Shown: piece after piece, positions 27,501 to 38,053 of the stretch
Numbering within the stretch: position 1 is the first letter of the stretch
Layout of the letters: each line of letters begins with the position of its first letter
Origin: an uncultured bacterium
Lineage (GTDB): Bacteria > Fidelibacterota > Marinisomatia > SCGC-AAA003-L08 > JACNLC01
DNA length: 64,000 nt
NCBI GenBank assembly: GCA_964527215.1
Contig: CAZGNZ010000017.1
Location: 1,610 to 65,609 of the forward strand
Direction of reading: 5' to 3'
Made by a program: the position numbers and the translations under genes
Notes under the pieces: model-generated
The model's input: the letters and a program-made list of their open reading frames with translations, nothing else
What the model was told of the DNA's origin: nothing
Databases searched by the model: none

Positions 27501-28256
27501 TCACCGGACCTGATTGAGCAGTTCATGGAAAATTTTAATAGATTTGGACTGATTGAGTTCATCAACATGATAGGACAAAAACCGGACCAGAAATTGTCCC
27601 GCCTGTTTTTCCGTGGAAGTATCGGCAGATAATCGGTCAATCTGTTTCAGATGCAGGGATGAAAGCTGCTGCAGATATTGCAGTTCCCTGACCGGCAGGG
27701 TTTCATTTCTTCCGCTGCTGCAGTTCCTGCAGGACAGTTCACCGGTTTCACTGCTGAAAACGGCTTCGGTCAGCGGTTTGCGGCACTGCGGACAAAACTC
27801 AAGCTCAGGACGAAAGCCAAGCTGAACCGTCAGCTGATACAGAAAGAAATCAAACACCCTGAAAATGGAAGTGTTCTGTTCTCCCAGTTTTTTCAAAACC
27901 GCTGTAATCAGACGGTACAGCACCGGGTGCGGATCTTCTGTTCGGGTGCATCTGTCCAGCATATCCACCATTGTTAATCCGGCTGTCAGTTTCTGATAGC
28001 TTTCCCGAAGATTATCAGACCCTGCCGCCAGCTGCGCCGAAGAGAGAATCTGGATATCCCGTCCGGATTTATGATAATACATGATTTCCAGGATCGTCAG
28101 CGGCTCCAGAATGGATCCCATGGGGTTTTTGGGTCGTCTGGCTCCTTTGGCCATTACTGTCACTTTGCCAAATGACCGGGTAAACAGTCGGCAGATCAGA
28201 CTGGTATCGCTGTACTGAATGGTGCGAAGCACAACGGCTTCCGTGGTTAGCTGCAT
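27501..28256 (-). CDS. recO: DNA repair protein RecO
   Basis: It has an N-terminal OB-fold-like region and a Cys4 zinc motif (CPQCRKPL...CRNC). The size and layout are typical for RecO. Confidence 0.8.
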   Translation of the reverse strand: MQLTTEAVVLRTIQYSDTSLICRLFTRSFGKVTVMAKGARRPKNPMGSILEPLTILEIMYYHKSGRDIQILSSAQLAAGSDNLRESYQKLTAGLTMVDMLDRCTRTEDPHPVLYRLITAVLKKLGEQNTSIFRVFDFFLYQLTVQLGFRPELEFCPQCRKPLTEAVFSSETGELSCRNCSSGRNETLPVRELQYLQQLSSLHLKQIDRLSADTSTEKQAGQFLVRFLSYHVDELNQSKSIKIFHELLNQVR

Positions 28257-28407
28257 GCTTTTTTGTCGCGCTGTCCTGCTGCGGAACAGGGCATGTTTAT
28301 CATCGATCTGATATGGCAGTCAACCTGAAGTTTGTTTTCAGATTCCCATATCAATAGAGGAAAACCGGAGCTTCAGCCGAATACCGTATGACCGGTATTG
28401 GCGGATT

Positions 28408-29880
28408 TTAATAGGATTTGGCGCAAATCACCTGATGCCTGGCCGGTACTCCGGAATAAATACATGTCATGCCGTCGGGGTTTTCATCGAATGGAATACA
28501 GCGGATTGTGGCCTTGGTCTCTTCCTGAATTCTGGCTTCCGTTTCGGCTGTGCCGTCCCAGCCGCAGCGTACAAACCCGCCTTTATCAACGATGGATTTG
28601 AATTCATCCCAGGTTTCGGCGGAAAAGGTATGCTCATTCCTGAAGTCAAGTGCCTGCTGATAAAGATTCTGCTGGATTTCATCGAGGAGCGCAGTGATTT
28701 TTTCTGCTGCCGTATCCCGGTCAAGCGCGAATTTTTCACCGGTATCTCTTCGCGCCACGAAAACCTGCTGTTTTTCCATATCCCGGGGACCGGCTTCCAC
28801 TCGAACCGGAACGCCCTTCATTTCCCATTCATTGAATTTATATCCCGGGGAAACCTTTTTACGGTCATCAAGATTCCAGCGGATATTCCGTGCCGACAGA
28901 CCATCAAGAACAGGCTGCAGGAATTCTCGGACCGCTGTATCGTCCTGATTGGACCGGACAATTGGAAGAATCACCGTTTGAATGGGAGCAACCCGCGGCG
29001 GAAGACGCAGCCCCTTGTCATCGCCATGACTCATGATTAACGCTCCCACCAGTCTGGTACTCACTCCCCAACTGGTGGCATACACAAATTCTTCCCGGTT
29101 ATTTTCATTTTGGAATTTCACATCGAAGGCCTTGGCGAAATTCTGTCCGAGGTAATGGGAGGTGCCGGCCTGAAGAGCCTTTTTATCTCCCATCATTGCT
29201 TCAATGCAGTATGTGTCCACAGCGCCGGCGAATTTTTCCGACTCTGATTTAAGACCGGTGTAAACAGGAACTGCCAGCACGTCCTCAGCGACTTCCCGAT
29301 ACACTTCCAGCATCTTCAACGCTTCTTCGCGGGCTTCTTCGGCAGTGGCATGGGCGGTGTGGCCTTCCTGCCACAGAAATTCACTTGTCCTCAGGAACAG
29401 CCGCGTGCGCATTTCCCAGCGGACCACATTGGCCCATTGATTTATCAGAAGCGGAAGATCCCGGTAAGACCCGATCCATTTTTTGTACATGGCCCAAATA
29501 ACCGTTTCGCTGGTGGGACGCACGATGATTTCTTCCTCCAGCCTGGACAAAGGATCCACTTCCAGATCGCTGCCGTCTGCAGTGGCACGCAGACGGGAAT
29601 GGGTCACGACAGCACACTCTTTGGCAAACCCTTCCACATGTTCCGCTTCCCTGGCAAGAAAAGATTTGGGAATAAACAGCGGAAAGTAGGCATTGACATG
29701 ACCGGTATCCCTGAACCGGCTGTCCAGTGCAGACTTGATACCCTCCCAGATACTGAAGCCATACGGACGAACCACCATAGTCCCCTTTACAGGACCATAA
29801 TCGGCCAGCTGCGCTTTTGTAATTACATCAGTGTACCAGCGTGAGTAGTCTTCGCTCTTGGGTGTAACGCCTTTAGCCAT
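28408..29880 (-). CDS. proS: Prolyl-tRNA synthetase, archaeal/eukaryote-like type
   Basis: A 490-aa class IIa core (RPTSE...; FRDE-like motifs) with an anticodon-binding domain. The C-terminal domain ends in ...KSY, as in the ProRS type that lacks the INS editing domain. Confidence 0.9.
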   Translation of the reverse strand: MAKGVTPKSEDYSRWYTDVITKAQLADYGPVKGTMVVRPYGFSIWEGIKSALDSRFRDTGHVNAYFPLFIPKSFLAREAEHVEGFAKECAVVTHSRLRATADGSDLEVDPLSRLEEEIIVRPTSETVIWAMYKKWIGSYRDLPLLINQWANVVRWEMRTRLFLRTSEFLWQEGHTAHATAEEAREEALKMLEVYREVAEDVLAVPVYTGLKSESEKFAGAVDTYCIEAMMGDKKALQAGTSHYLGQNFAKAFDVKFQNENNREEFVYATSWGVSTRLVGALIMSHGDDKGLRLPPRVAPIQTVILPIVRSNQDDTAVREFLQPVLDGLSARNIRWNLDDRKKVSPGYKFNEWEMKGVPVRVEAGPRDMEKQQVFVARRDTGEKFALDRDTAAEKITALLDEIQQNLYQQALDFRNEHTFSAETWDEFKSIVDKGGFVRCGWDGTAETEARIQEETKATIRCIPFDENPDGMTCIYSGVPARHQVICAKSY

Positions 29881-30020
29881 GAGAACCTTTCAAAATAAGT
29901 TGAGATCGTATCCGTAAAAACCGCATAATTCCGCCGCAGACAGCGGAATTTCCACTCTGAAAACGGGCGGGAATTTACATTGAAAAATAAGACAAGATAC
30001 AGGCTAAACCTGCAGACGGC

Positions 30021-31058
30021 CTATACCAGATGCGCTAGCTGTTCCAGACTGTAGACAATGTCATCCTGCTCAATACCGTAATGGGTCACCATTCGAAAGC
30101 GGTTGGGTCCTGTCTGAAGAAACCGGACTCCGCGCTTTTCCATCTGAATCACCAGTTCATGCGGTTCAATCCGATCACTGTCCAGATTGAAGAAAACCAG
30201 ATTGGTATGCACCTGATCCAGACGGATGTGGATACCCTTCATCTGAGCCAGCCCGTCTGCCAGAATTCGAGCATTATTATGATCCTCTTCAAGTCTTGGT
30301 ATCATTTCATCCAGAGCCACAATGCCGGCTGCTGCCAGCACGCCTGCCTGACGCATACCGCCGCCCAGGGTTTTCCGGTATCTGCGGGCATGATAAATAA
30401 ATTCTGAAGACCCGCACAGCAGCGAGCCGACAGGTGCTGACAGACCTTTTGAAAGACAGACACTGACCGAATCCACCGAATCCACCAGTTCCGCTGCCGG
30501 GACTTTTTGGGCTGCCGCTGCATTGAAAAGCCGGGCTCCGTCCACATGAATACGCAGATTGTTTTCCCTGGCAATGTCAACGGTCTCCCGAATGAAACCT
30601 GGTTTCAGGGGAGTGCCAAAACACATATTATGGGTGTTTTCCAGACAGATCAGACGTGTCACCGGGAAATGCACATTATCATCCCGAATCGCCGCACGTA
30701 TCCGGTCGGTATCCATTGAACCGTCATCCAGGTTGGGAATCTGATAAGAATGGACACCGCCCATCGTGGAAATTCCGCCGGCCTCGTAAATAAAAGTATG
30801 GGAGCGGTCACCCACTATCGCTTCCGATCCGCGTCCGCAATGAACCAGCACCGCAATGAGATTGCTCATCGTTCCGCTGGGCACAAAAAGCGCTTTGTCA
30901 AACTGCAGCAAGGCAGCCACTTTTCTTTCCAGTTCATTGATGGTGGGATCTTCCTCAAAAACATCATCTCCCAGCACAGCCGATTGAATTGCAGCCTTCA
31001 TTGCCGGAGACGGCAGTGTTACCGTATCGCTTCTCAAATCAATTATCTTATCCATCAT
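30021..31058 (-). CDS. ltaE: Low-specificity L-threonine aldolase (PLP-dependent)
   Basis: It has IDLRSDTVTLPSPAM at the N-terminus, GTMSN, and the PLP-Lys context CLSKGLSAPVGS. Confidence 0.8.
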   Translation of the reverse strand: MMDKIIDLRSDTVTLPSPAMKAAIQSAVLGDDVFEEDPTINELERKVAALLQFDKALFVPSGTMSNLIAVLVHCGRGSEAIVGDRSHTFIYEAGGISTMGGVHSYQIPNLDDGSMDTDRIRAAIRDDNVHFPVTRLICLENTHNMCFGTPLKPGFIRETVDIARENNLRIHVDGARLFNAAAAQKVPAAELVDSVDSVSVCLSKGLSAPVGSLLCGSSEFIYHARRYRKTLGGGMRQAGVLAAAGIVALDEMIPRLEEDHNNARILADGLAQMKGIHIRLDQVHTNLVFFNLDSDRIEPHELVIQMEKRGVRFLQTGPNRFRMVTHYGIEQDDIVYSLEQLAHLV

Positions 31059-31340
31059 GATTCCTGTTTTTCTCGTTGTTCAGGATGATTCGCCCCCCCC
31101 CATCCGCAAATTCAATCAAGTGCTTCGTTTGCGGGAATATCTCGTTTTCTGCAGAAAACCTGTTCGAATTCATCTGTTTTGCGGTTTTGAGATCACACAA
31201 AATTACAAAGGACTTCGGGTATTTTCCGCCTTAACAGGCAACCACTGTTTACTATGACCGGTGTACCGCAGTGCGTTCAGCCGGAAATTACCCAGGCTGT
31301 CGCTGGAACCCGAACAGAATCAATCCTTGGATACTGTGAT

Positions 31341-31436
31341 TTTAAATCCGCCATTTGGCGTGGCGGCGAAATTGTAAATGACCCGATCGATTATTGATAC
31401 ACCGTCCCATCAGCTGACGGGCGGGGAAATTCATTA
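31341..31436 (+). repeat. Short intergenic repeat family E, copy 2
   Basis: It shares the ends and hairpin cores of 22076-22171, but its central segment differs. Confidence 0.8.
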
Positions 31437-31757
31437 GCGCAATGCATTTTTTGAAAACGAAATGCGGGAAAACCTCGGAATCTCAAGTCAATTGAAAAGA
31501 ACTTCATCAAAATGGGGTTTGGGAATGCAATAAGGCTTAAATGTTATGACTCCCGGGACACATCCCGGGTCCAGGGTTCCGTGCGGCGCCGGCGGGAATT
31601 CAACCGGACGCACATGTCCGCCGACTGATGGATTATGTGTTGGGTTTTTCAAAATACAACTGAGATAAATTCAAGTTAAGTCCATGCTGCATCATGAATT
31701 ACAAATCACAATTTAGGACCGCACAATTCACACGGCGGATTATTAAATTACGGACTC

Positions 31758-33323
31758 ATGACACATGACATATTTATACAAAACGCACACATCATCACCC
31801 TGAACCCACAGCTGCCCAGAGCGGATTCGCTTCATATTTGTGAAGGCCGCATTGAATCAATTGGGCTGGGTCTCCAACCGCCGGTTTCTTCAGAAGTTGT
31901 GGATGCCGGGGGCGCATTCATTGTACCGGGTCTCACGGATGCCCATGTACATTTATCCAATTTCGGTCGATTTCTGGAAGAACTGCAGCTGAAGCAGCTG
32001 ACCGGTCCGAAAGACGTCATCCCGCTGATAAAAGAAAAGCAGCAATCGGTACTGTCCGGTGAATGGATACTTGGAAGAGGCTGGGACCAGACAGGCTGGC
32101 CTGACGGGATTTTCCCGCCGTCGACGATACTGGACAGTCTTTCCGGCAAACATCCCATTGTTCTGACTCGCGTTGACGGACATGCAATGTGGGTAAACCG
32201 GACTGCCTTACAGGCTGCCGGCATTGATCCTGCCGGTTCTCCCCCTGACGGAGGTCAGATTATCAATAACTGCATTCTGGTGGACAACGCAATGGATCCG
32301 GTTATGAACTGTATTCCGCAGAGTGACGGCCGGACGGTCAAGCGCTATATACAGCGGGGAGCGGAAACTTTTGCCAGTCGGGGCATCACGGAAATCCACG
32401 ATGTCTGGCAGACACAGCAGGAAATCAGCATCATCCGCGAGTTGATTGCCATGGATAAATTTCCCGTTCGCTGCTATGGAATGCTGCCATACAATAACAC
32501 AGCTCTCCTGCAGCAGTTTTTTGATGAAGGTCCCTATATTTCCGATTTCTACACCATCCGCGCAGTCAAAGCCTTTGCAGACGGAGCACTGGGAAGCCGC
32601 GGGGCGGCACTTCTGGAAGACTACAGCGATGATCCCGGGAATACCGGTCTGATCATCGTGGATGAAGCGGTATTTGCGGATCTTGCCTGCAGATGCCGTG
32701 ATGCCGGATTTCAACTGTGCACCCATGCCATTGGCGATCGTGCAAACCGGTTTGTGCTGGATCAGTATATCAGCGCCGTGGCTCCCGATAAACAACACCG
32801 CTGGCGGGTGGAACATGCGCAAATGGTCACCGACGCCGATCTTCCCAAGTTTACCGAACACGGAATCCTTCCGTCCGTTCAGCCCAGTCACTGCACCAGC
32901 GATATGAAATGGCTGGAAACCAGACTGGGAGCTCAAAGAACGGCGACAGTTTCTCGACTGAACACAATGGTTCAGGCCGGCTTGAAAATACCCGGAGGAT
33001 CGGACTGTCCCATTGAAGACGGCATTCCTTTGTGGGAATACTATGCCGCGGTCACTCGCCAGGATCACCGCGGGAATCCGCCGGGCGGATGGCATTCGGA
33101 GGAACGGCTTTCTCCCCTCAATGCCCTTCGAATGCTGACTGTCTGGGCAGCATATGGTGCATTCGCAGAACACCGTCGAGGACAGATCAGAGACGGATTT
33201 GATGCCGATCTGACATTTCTTGACCGAAACATACTTGAAATACCGCACACGGAAATACTGGGTACTCAAATACTGGCCACGATGACGGCAGGAAAATTCA
33301 CTTTCAGACATCCCTCATTCTGA
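31758..33323 (+). CDS. Amidohydrolase-family metal-dependent hydrolase (YtcJ-like, Amidohydro_3)
   Basis: It has DAHVHL, HAIGDRA, VEHAQ and GSDCP motifs spread over 521 aa. Confidence 0.8.
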   Translation: MTHDIFIQNAHIITLNPQLPRADSLHICEGRIESIGLGLQPPVSSEVVDAGGAFIVPGLTDAHVHLSNFGRFLEELQLKQLTGPKDVIPLIKEKQQSVLSGEWILGRGWDQTGWPDGIFPPSTILDSLSGKHPIVLTRVDGHAMWVNRTALQAAGIDPAGSPPDGGQIINNCILVDNAMDPVMNCIPQSDGRTVKRYIQRGAETFASRGITEIHDVWQTQQEISIIRELIAMDKFPVRCYGMLPYNNTALLQQFFDEGPYISDFYTIRAVKAFADGALGSRGAALLEDYSDDPGNTGLIIVDEAVFADLACRCRDAGFQLCTHAIGDRANRFVLDQYISAVAPDKQHRWRVEHAQMVTDADLPKFTEHGILPSVQPSHCTSDMKWLETRLGAQRTATVSRLNTMVQAGLKIPGGSDCPIEDGIPLWEYYAAVTRQDHRGNPPGGWHSEERLSPLNALRMLTVWAAYGAFAEHRRGQIRDGFDADLTFLDRNILEIPHTEILGTQILATMTAGKFTFRHPSF

Positions 33324-33595
33324 TCCCCGATCGGGATCCACAGCAATAGTTTTATACTCGAAACTTGATGAAGCAGCACACCCTGCTGCACGGTTTTCTC
33401 TGGTCATGGAATTCCATATAAATATTTTGCAATTCTCTCTTTTGATACAAAAACGGATCGTAATAAATTGACTGGCTCTTTTCCAAATCGTTTTAGATGA
33501 TTTGGTGCTGGCGAATTGCGTTCGGAAATAGTTTCCGATTTAGAATTAACCGCAATATTGCCTGACATAACCCTAACTTTAAACAGATATACATT

Positions 33596-35539
33596 ATGAT
33601 CAAAAGCATTGGATTCAGATGGTTAGTAATCGGGGTTGTGCTCCTTGTCAGTGCACTTCAGTTGATCCCTTCCATCCAGTTCTTTTCCATGTCTGCCGAA
33701 GACAAAGAACAGATGAAGACAGATGAACCCGAGACATTACAGGAATTAACCGATCAGTCCTTGAATTTGGGACTGGATCTGCAGGGCGGAATGCATGTCG
33801 TCCTGGAAGTGGACCTGCCGGTACTGGTTGAAAATCTCGCAGATCACAAGGCAGAGGAACTGAGTGAAGCTGTGGCGGAAGCCCGGAAAACGGCACTGGA
33901 TGCCAACCGGGATTTCTGGGAAGAATTTGAACGTGCATCAAACAGAATGGATTTGCGGCTGATCCGGTATTTTTCCACCATGGAAGGTCTGCGCGGAAAA
34001 AGCAATACCGATGTGATATCCGTATTGAAGGAAGAGGGTGAAAATGCCACCAGCAGTGCGCTGGAGATTATCCGCAACCGGGTGGATGAATTTGGTGTGT
34101 CGGAACCCAATATCCAGAAAAGCGGGCACGACCGCATCGTGGTTGAACTGGCCGGTATAGAAGACCCTGAAAGAGCCAGGAATTTGATCCAGAGAACAGC
34201 GCTGCTGGAATTCACGCTGGTAAAAACCAATGATGATCTTTCCGGCATGATTGAAAAACTGGACAATGCCCTTCTTGCTGCCGAAGGTCCTGCAGAGGAA
34301 CCCGCTGACAGTGTGAATACTGAACCGGCGGATGATTCAGACCTTGTGATTGAGGAAGATGCGCTGACGGCGGACTCGACCGATGCGGATGAACTGGATG
34401 ATTTGTTTGACACATTCGAGGAAGACTCGGAAACCAGTCTTTTAAAAACCACGGATGATATTCTCATCGATAAACCGTTTTCCGGTTATCTGAGATCCTT
34501 TCCGGGCGGCATGGGTGTCCTGGCTGGTGATATTCCTGCCTTTACCAAATTACTGAATTCAGAGGCCGTTCAGAACGTTATCCCCGGTGATGCTGTTTTT
34601 CTGTGGGGCAGCAAGGTTTTGGAAGGTGCCACTCAGGAAGGGACTTCAATCGCATTCCAGAATCTGTATTACGTCAGTTCCGAGGCGGTTCTGACCGGCG
34701 GCGTGGTTACTGACGCCCGGGCAGCCTTCGGAGGTGTCGGCACGGATCAAACCGGTAAAGCTGTCGTAAACCTGGCAATGGATTCTGAGGGCAGCAAAGA
34801 CTGGGCCCGTTTTACCGGGGCAAACATCGGCCGAAATGTTGCCATCGTCCTGGACAAAAAAGTGTATATGGCACCCAATATCCGTGATCGAATTCCCGGC
34901 GGCCGAACCCAGATAAGCGGTTTGGACAATATCGATGAAGCGATGGATATCGCCAATGTGCTTCGAGCCGGTAAACTCCCGGCACCGGTGGTCATTGTCG
35001 AAGAACACACTGTCGGTCCGTCTCTTGGTGAAGACTCCATTATTGCCGGCTCAAAAGCCATGCTGTACGGCTTTATTGCCATTATCATTTTTATGGCAAT
35101 CTATTATCAGGGATCCGGACTGCTGGCCAATCTTTCCCTGATTCTGAATCTATTCATTGTCATCGGGGTTCTGGCGATGCTTAAAGCCACTCTGACACTG
35201 CCGGGTATTGCCGGTCTGATTCTAACGATCGGTATGGCGGTGGATGCCAATGTCATCATTTTTGAACGAATCCGTGAAGAACTCAACAAAGGGAAAACGG
35301 TCAGGGCTTCCATTGAAGCCGGTTATTCCCGTGCATTCACAACCATTCTGGATGCCAATATCACCACATTGATCGCCGCCTTTGTTCTGGCGTGGAACGG
35401 CTCCGGTCCCATCAAAGGATTTGCCGTCACACTCAGTGTGGGCATCATCAGCTCCATGTTTACGGCAGTATTCATCACACGGACCATCTTCATGATGTTC
35501 GGCAATAAAAAACCTCTTAAAAGTTTGAGCATAGGATGA
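33596..35539 (+). CDS. secD: Protein translocase subunit SecD
   Basis: It has LGLDLQGG, IRNRVDEFGVSEP and a C-terminal 6-TM SecD/F domain. It also carries an acidic low-complexity insert. Confidence 0.9.
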   Translation: MIKSIGFRWLVIGVVLLVSALQLIPSIQFFSMSAEDKEQMKTDEPETLQELTDQSLNLGLDLQGGMHVVLEVDLPVLVENLADHKAEELSEAVAEARKTALDANRDFWEEFERASNRMDLRLIRYFSTMEGLRGKSNTDVISVLKEEGENATSSALEIIRNRVDEFGVSEPNIQKSGHDRIVVELAGIEDPERARNLIQRTALLEFTLVKTNDDLSGMIEKLDNALLAAEGPAEEPADSVNTEPADDSDLVIEEDALTADSTDADELDDLFDTFEEDSETSLLKTTDDILIDKPFSGYLRSFPGGMGVLAGDIPAFTKLLNSEAVQNVIPGDAVFLWGSKVLEGATQEGTSIAFQNLYYVSSEAVLTGGVVTDARAAFGGVGTDQTGKAVVNLAMDSEGSKDWARFTGANIGRNVAIVLDKKVYMAPNIRDRIPGGRTQISGLDNIDEAMDIANVLRAGKLPAPVVIVEEHTVGPSLGEDSIIAGSKAMLYGFIAIIIFMAIYYQGSGLLANLSLILNLFIVIGVLAMLKATLTLPGIAGLILTIGMAVDANVIIFERIREELNKGKTVRASIEAGYSRAFTTILDANITTLIAAFVLAWNGSGPIKGFAVTLSVGIISSMFTAVFITRTIFMMFGNKKPLKSLSIG

Positions 35540-36426
35540 GAGTATTTAAAAACATAAGCATTGATTTTGTCAGCAAGCGGAAGGCTGCCAGCCTTTTTTC
35601 AATCGTTATGATTGTCATTGGCATCGGGGCAATTGTTGTCCGTGGCGGTTTAAATCTTGCCATCGATTTTACCGGCGGAACGGAAGTTCAGCTGCGGTTT
35701 GAACAGCCTATGGATATTGGAGATGCCCGAAAGGCACTGGAAGCACAGGGAATCGAAAATCCCAGTCTGGTTACCATCGGTTCCGACCGGGAACTTCTGC
35801 TCTACACCCAGCTGTCCGGTCCTGAAGTCAAGGAAGAAGTCCAGGCCGCTTTTGCCGACCGGGAGTTTGAAACACGGCGCATTGAGCAGGTCGGACCGAA
35901 GATCGGCAAGGAAACCAGCAATGATGCCTTTCTGGCAATTATGATGGCTCTCCTGCTGATTCTGTTTTATATCATGTTCCGCTTTGATTTCTATTACGCA
36001 CTTGGCAGTGTGGCCGCACTGGTTCACGATATTCTTATTACGGTAGGTATTTTCGCCATCTTCAATCTGGAAATTAATCTGATTATTGTGGCTGCGTTCC
36101 TGACGATTGTCGGATACTCCCTGAACGACACCATTGTGGTTTACGACCGTATCCGCGAAAATATCAAGGCATACGCCAGCAAATCCCTTGAAGATATCGT
36201 AAACATATCACTCAATACGACCCTTAACCGTACTGTTATTACCAGTGTGACCACCTTGCTGGTTGTTATTTCACTGCTGATTTTCAGTCTGGGTCACATC
36301 GTGCTGTTTGCCACGGCACTCTTCATCGGGATATTGATTGGTACGTATTCCTCCATATTCGTCGCCAGCCCCGTGATGATTTTCTTTGAAAACAAACAGC
36401 ATCGTAAGCTGAAAAAGAAAAAATAG
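35536..36426 (+). CDS. secF: Protein translocase subunit SecF
   Basis: It overlaps the secD stop by 4 nt. It has DFTGG and a GYSLNDTIVVYDRIRE motif. Confidence 0.9.
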   Translation: MRVFKNISIDFVSKRKAASLFSIVMIVIGIGAIVVRGGLNLAIDFTGGTEVQLRFEQPMDIGDARKALEAQGIENPSLVTIGSDRELLLYTQLSGPEVKEEVQAAFADREFETRRIEQVGPKIGKETSNDAFLAIMMALLLILFYIMFRFDFYYALGSVAALVHDILITVGIFAIFNLEINLIIVAAFLTIVGYSLNDTIVVYDRIRENIKAYASKSLEDIVNISLNTTLNRTVITSVTTLLVVISLLIFSLGHIVLFATALFIGILIGTYSSIFVASPVMIFFENKQHRKLKKKK

Positions 36427-36460
36427 CTTCGGAGCCCCAATCAGTTTGTACCACTCAAAA

Positions 36461-36496
36461 AGACTCCGCTTCACTCGGGGTCTTTTTATTTTTTTT
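36461..36496 (+). terminator. Rho-independent terminator after secF
   Basis: The stem is AGACTCCG-CTTCACT-CGGGGTCT, followed by TTTTTATTTTTTTT. Confidence 0.8.
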
Positions 36497-36537
36497 AAGA
36501 TGTTCAACCCGTTTCAACCTATATTGGAAGCATATTC

Positions 36538-37818
36538 ATGGCAATTACATCAATCGTCGGCGGTCAGTGGGGAGATGAAGGCAAAGGCAAAATTGTCGAT
36601 TACCTCAGCAGTAACGTAGAGATAGTGGCCCGGTATCAGGGCGGTGCCAATGCCGGCCATACCGTCTTCATCGGGGAACAGAAACTGATTCTCCACCAGA
36701 TTCCATCGGGCATTCTGCGGTCCAACTGCCAATGCCTTCTGGGGAACGGGATGGTATTCGACCCGGTTGGATTCTCGGATGAACTGGACTCCCTGAAATC
36801 AAACAGCATTGATACCGGCGGCCGGCTTCATCTTTCGTATTATACACATATTGTCACACCAATCCATAAGGCCATTGACCGCTGTCAGGAAGCTGCATCC
36901 GGACACCGGATCGGGACAACAGGCCGGGGTATCGGACCGACTTACAGCGATAAAACCAACCGGATCGGTATTCGCGGACATGATCTGCAGGACAGCAGTC
37001 TGCTGAAAACCAAAATCGCCGACCGCATCCGCCTCGCCCTGGATTCGGGAGATATTACGCCGAAAGAAGTGCCGGTGATTGAATCCCAGCTGCCCGCCTT
37101 TTATTCTGCAGCCCAGCTGGCATCAGGTTATCTGGACGATGTATTTTCCATCGTTCAGGAAAATATCAAAACCGGCCGGAATATCCTCATTGAAGGTGCT
37201 CAGGGAGCTATGCTGGATCTGGATCACGGCACATATCCCTTTGTGACTTCCTCAAATCCGACGATCGGCGGTGTTTCCACCGGGCTGGGCCTGCCCACCA
37301 CGGCCATTGATCGGCGCATCGGAATCTTTAAAGCCTATACGACACGGGTCGGGAATGGCCCCTTTCCCACAGAACTGAAAAACGAGGACGGAGCCAGACT
37401 GCAGCATCTGGGACACGAATTTGGCGCAACCACCGGCCGTGAACGGCGCTGCGGATGGTTTGATGCTGTCCTTGCAAGATACTCCTCACAAGTGAACGGA
37501 CTTACGGAAATTGCACTCACCAAAATCGATGTTCTGGATGAGTTTGAAGAAATAAAGGTCTGCACCGGCTACAAAAAACCGGACGGCACCATCACGCAGA
37601 AGATGTCTGAAGTACTGTACCGACTGGAGGATGTAACTCCTGTCTATGAAACGCTGCCCGGCTGGAAAGAGAACACCAGCGATATTGAGCATTACGATGT
37701 CCTTCCGGAAAGAGCAAAACAGTACTGTCAATTCATCACCGAGCTGACAGACACCCCCGTGAAAATTGTTTCCACAGGACCTGAACGCAACCAGATTATT
37801 GTAAAACCCGAAGTGTGA
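36538..37818 (+). CDS. purA: Adenylosuccinate synthetase
   Basis: It has GGQWGDEGKGK and GTTGRGIGP motifs over 426 aa. Confidence 0.95.
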   Translation: MAITSIVGGQWGDEGKGKIVDYLSSNVEIVARYQGGANAGHTVFIGEQKLILHQIPSGILRSNCQCLLGNGMVFDPVGFSDELDSLKSNSIDTGGRLHLSYYTHIVTPIHKAIDRCQEAASGHRIGTTGRGIGPTYSDKTNRIGIRGHDLQDSSLLKTKIADRIRLALDSGDITPKEVPVIESQLPAFYSAAQLASGYLDDVFSIVQENIKTGRNILIEGAQGAMLDLDHGTYPFVTSSNPTIGGVSTGLGLPTTAIDRRIGIFKAYTTRVGNGPFPTELKNEDGARLQHLGHEFGATTGRERRCGWFDAVLARYSSQVNGLTEIALTKIDVLDEFEEIKVCTGYKKPDGTITQKMSEVLYRLEDVTPVYETLPGWKENTSDIEHYDVLPERAKQYCQFITELTDTPVKIVSTGPERNQIIVKPEV

Positions 37819-38053
37819 ACTGCCGTGTATTGAAAATTTCTCGTTGGAAATATCTCTCAGCAAAGGCGGAATACCATCAATTTCCAATGCCGGATGCCCC
37901 CCCGCACCCATCCAAAAATCATTCCGTTCAACGGACAAAACCGTTCACCTGCAGAGCCGTTTTTATTTTAATTCCTTATTTATGGTCAAAGCCTATTAAT
38001 TTTTCATTCAGGCTGGACCCTTTTTTACCCATATTCACAGGAACATTTCTGCC

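Noticed and set aside
32208-33311. Long antisense ORFs inside well-supported genes (for example 32208..33311-, 50347..51330+, 38819..39769-, 7141..7929+, 3130..3852-, 14374..15054+, 41567..42214-).
   Set aside because: These are shadow ORFs opposite strongly conserved coding frames. They have biased, Arg/Ser/Pro-rich composition and no recognisable motifs.
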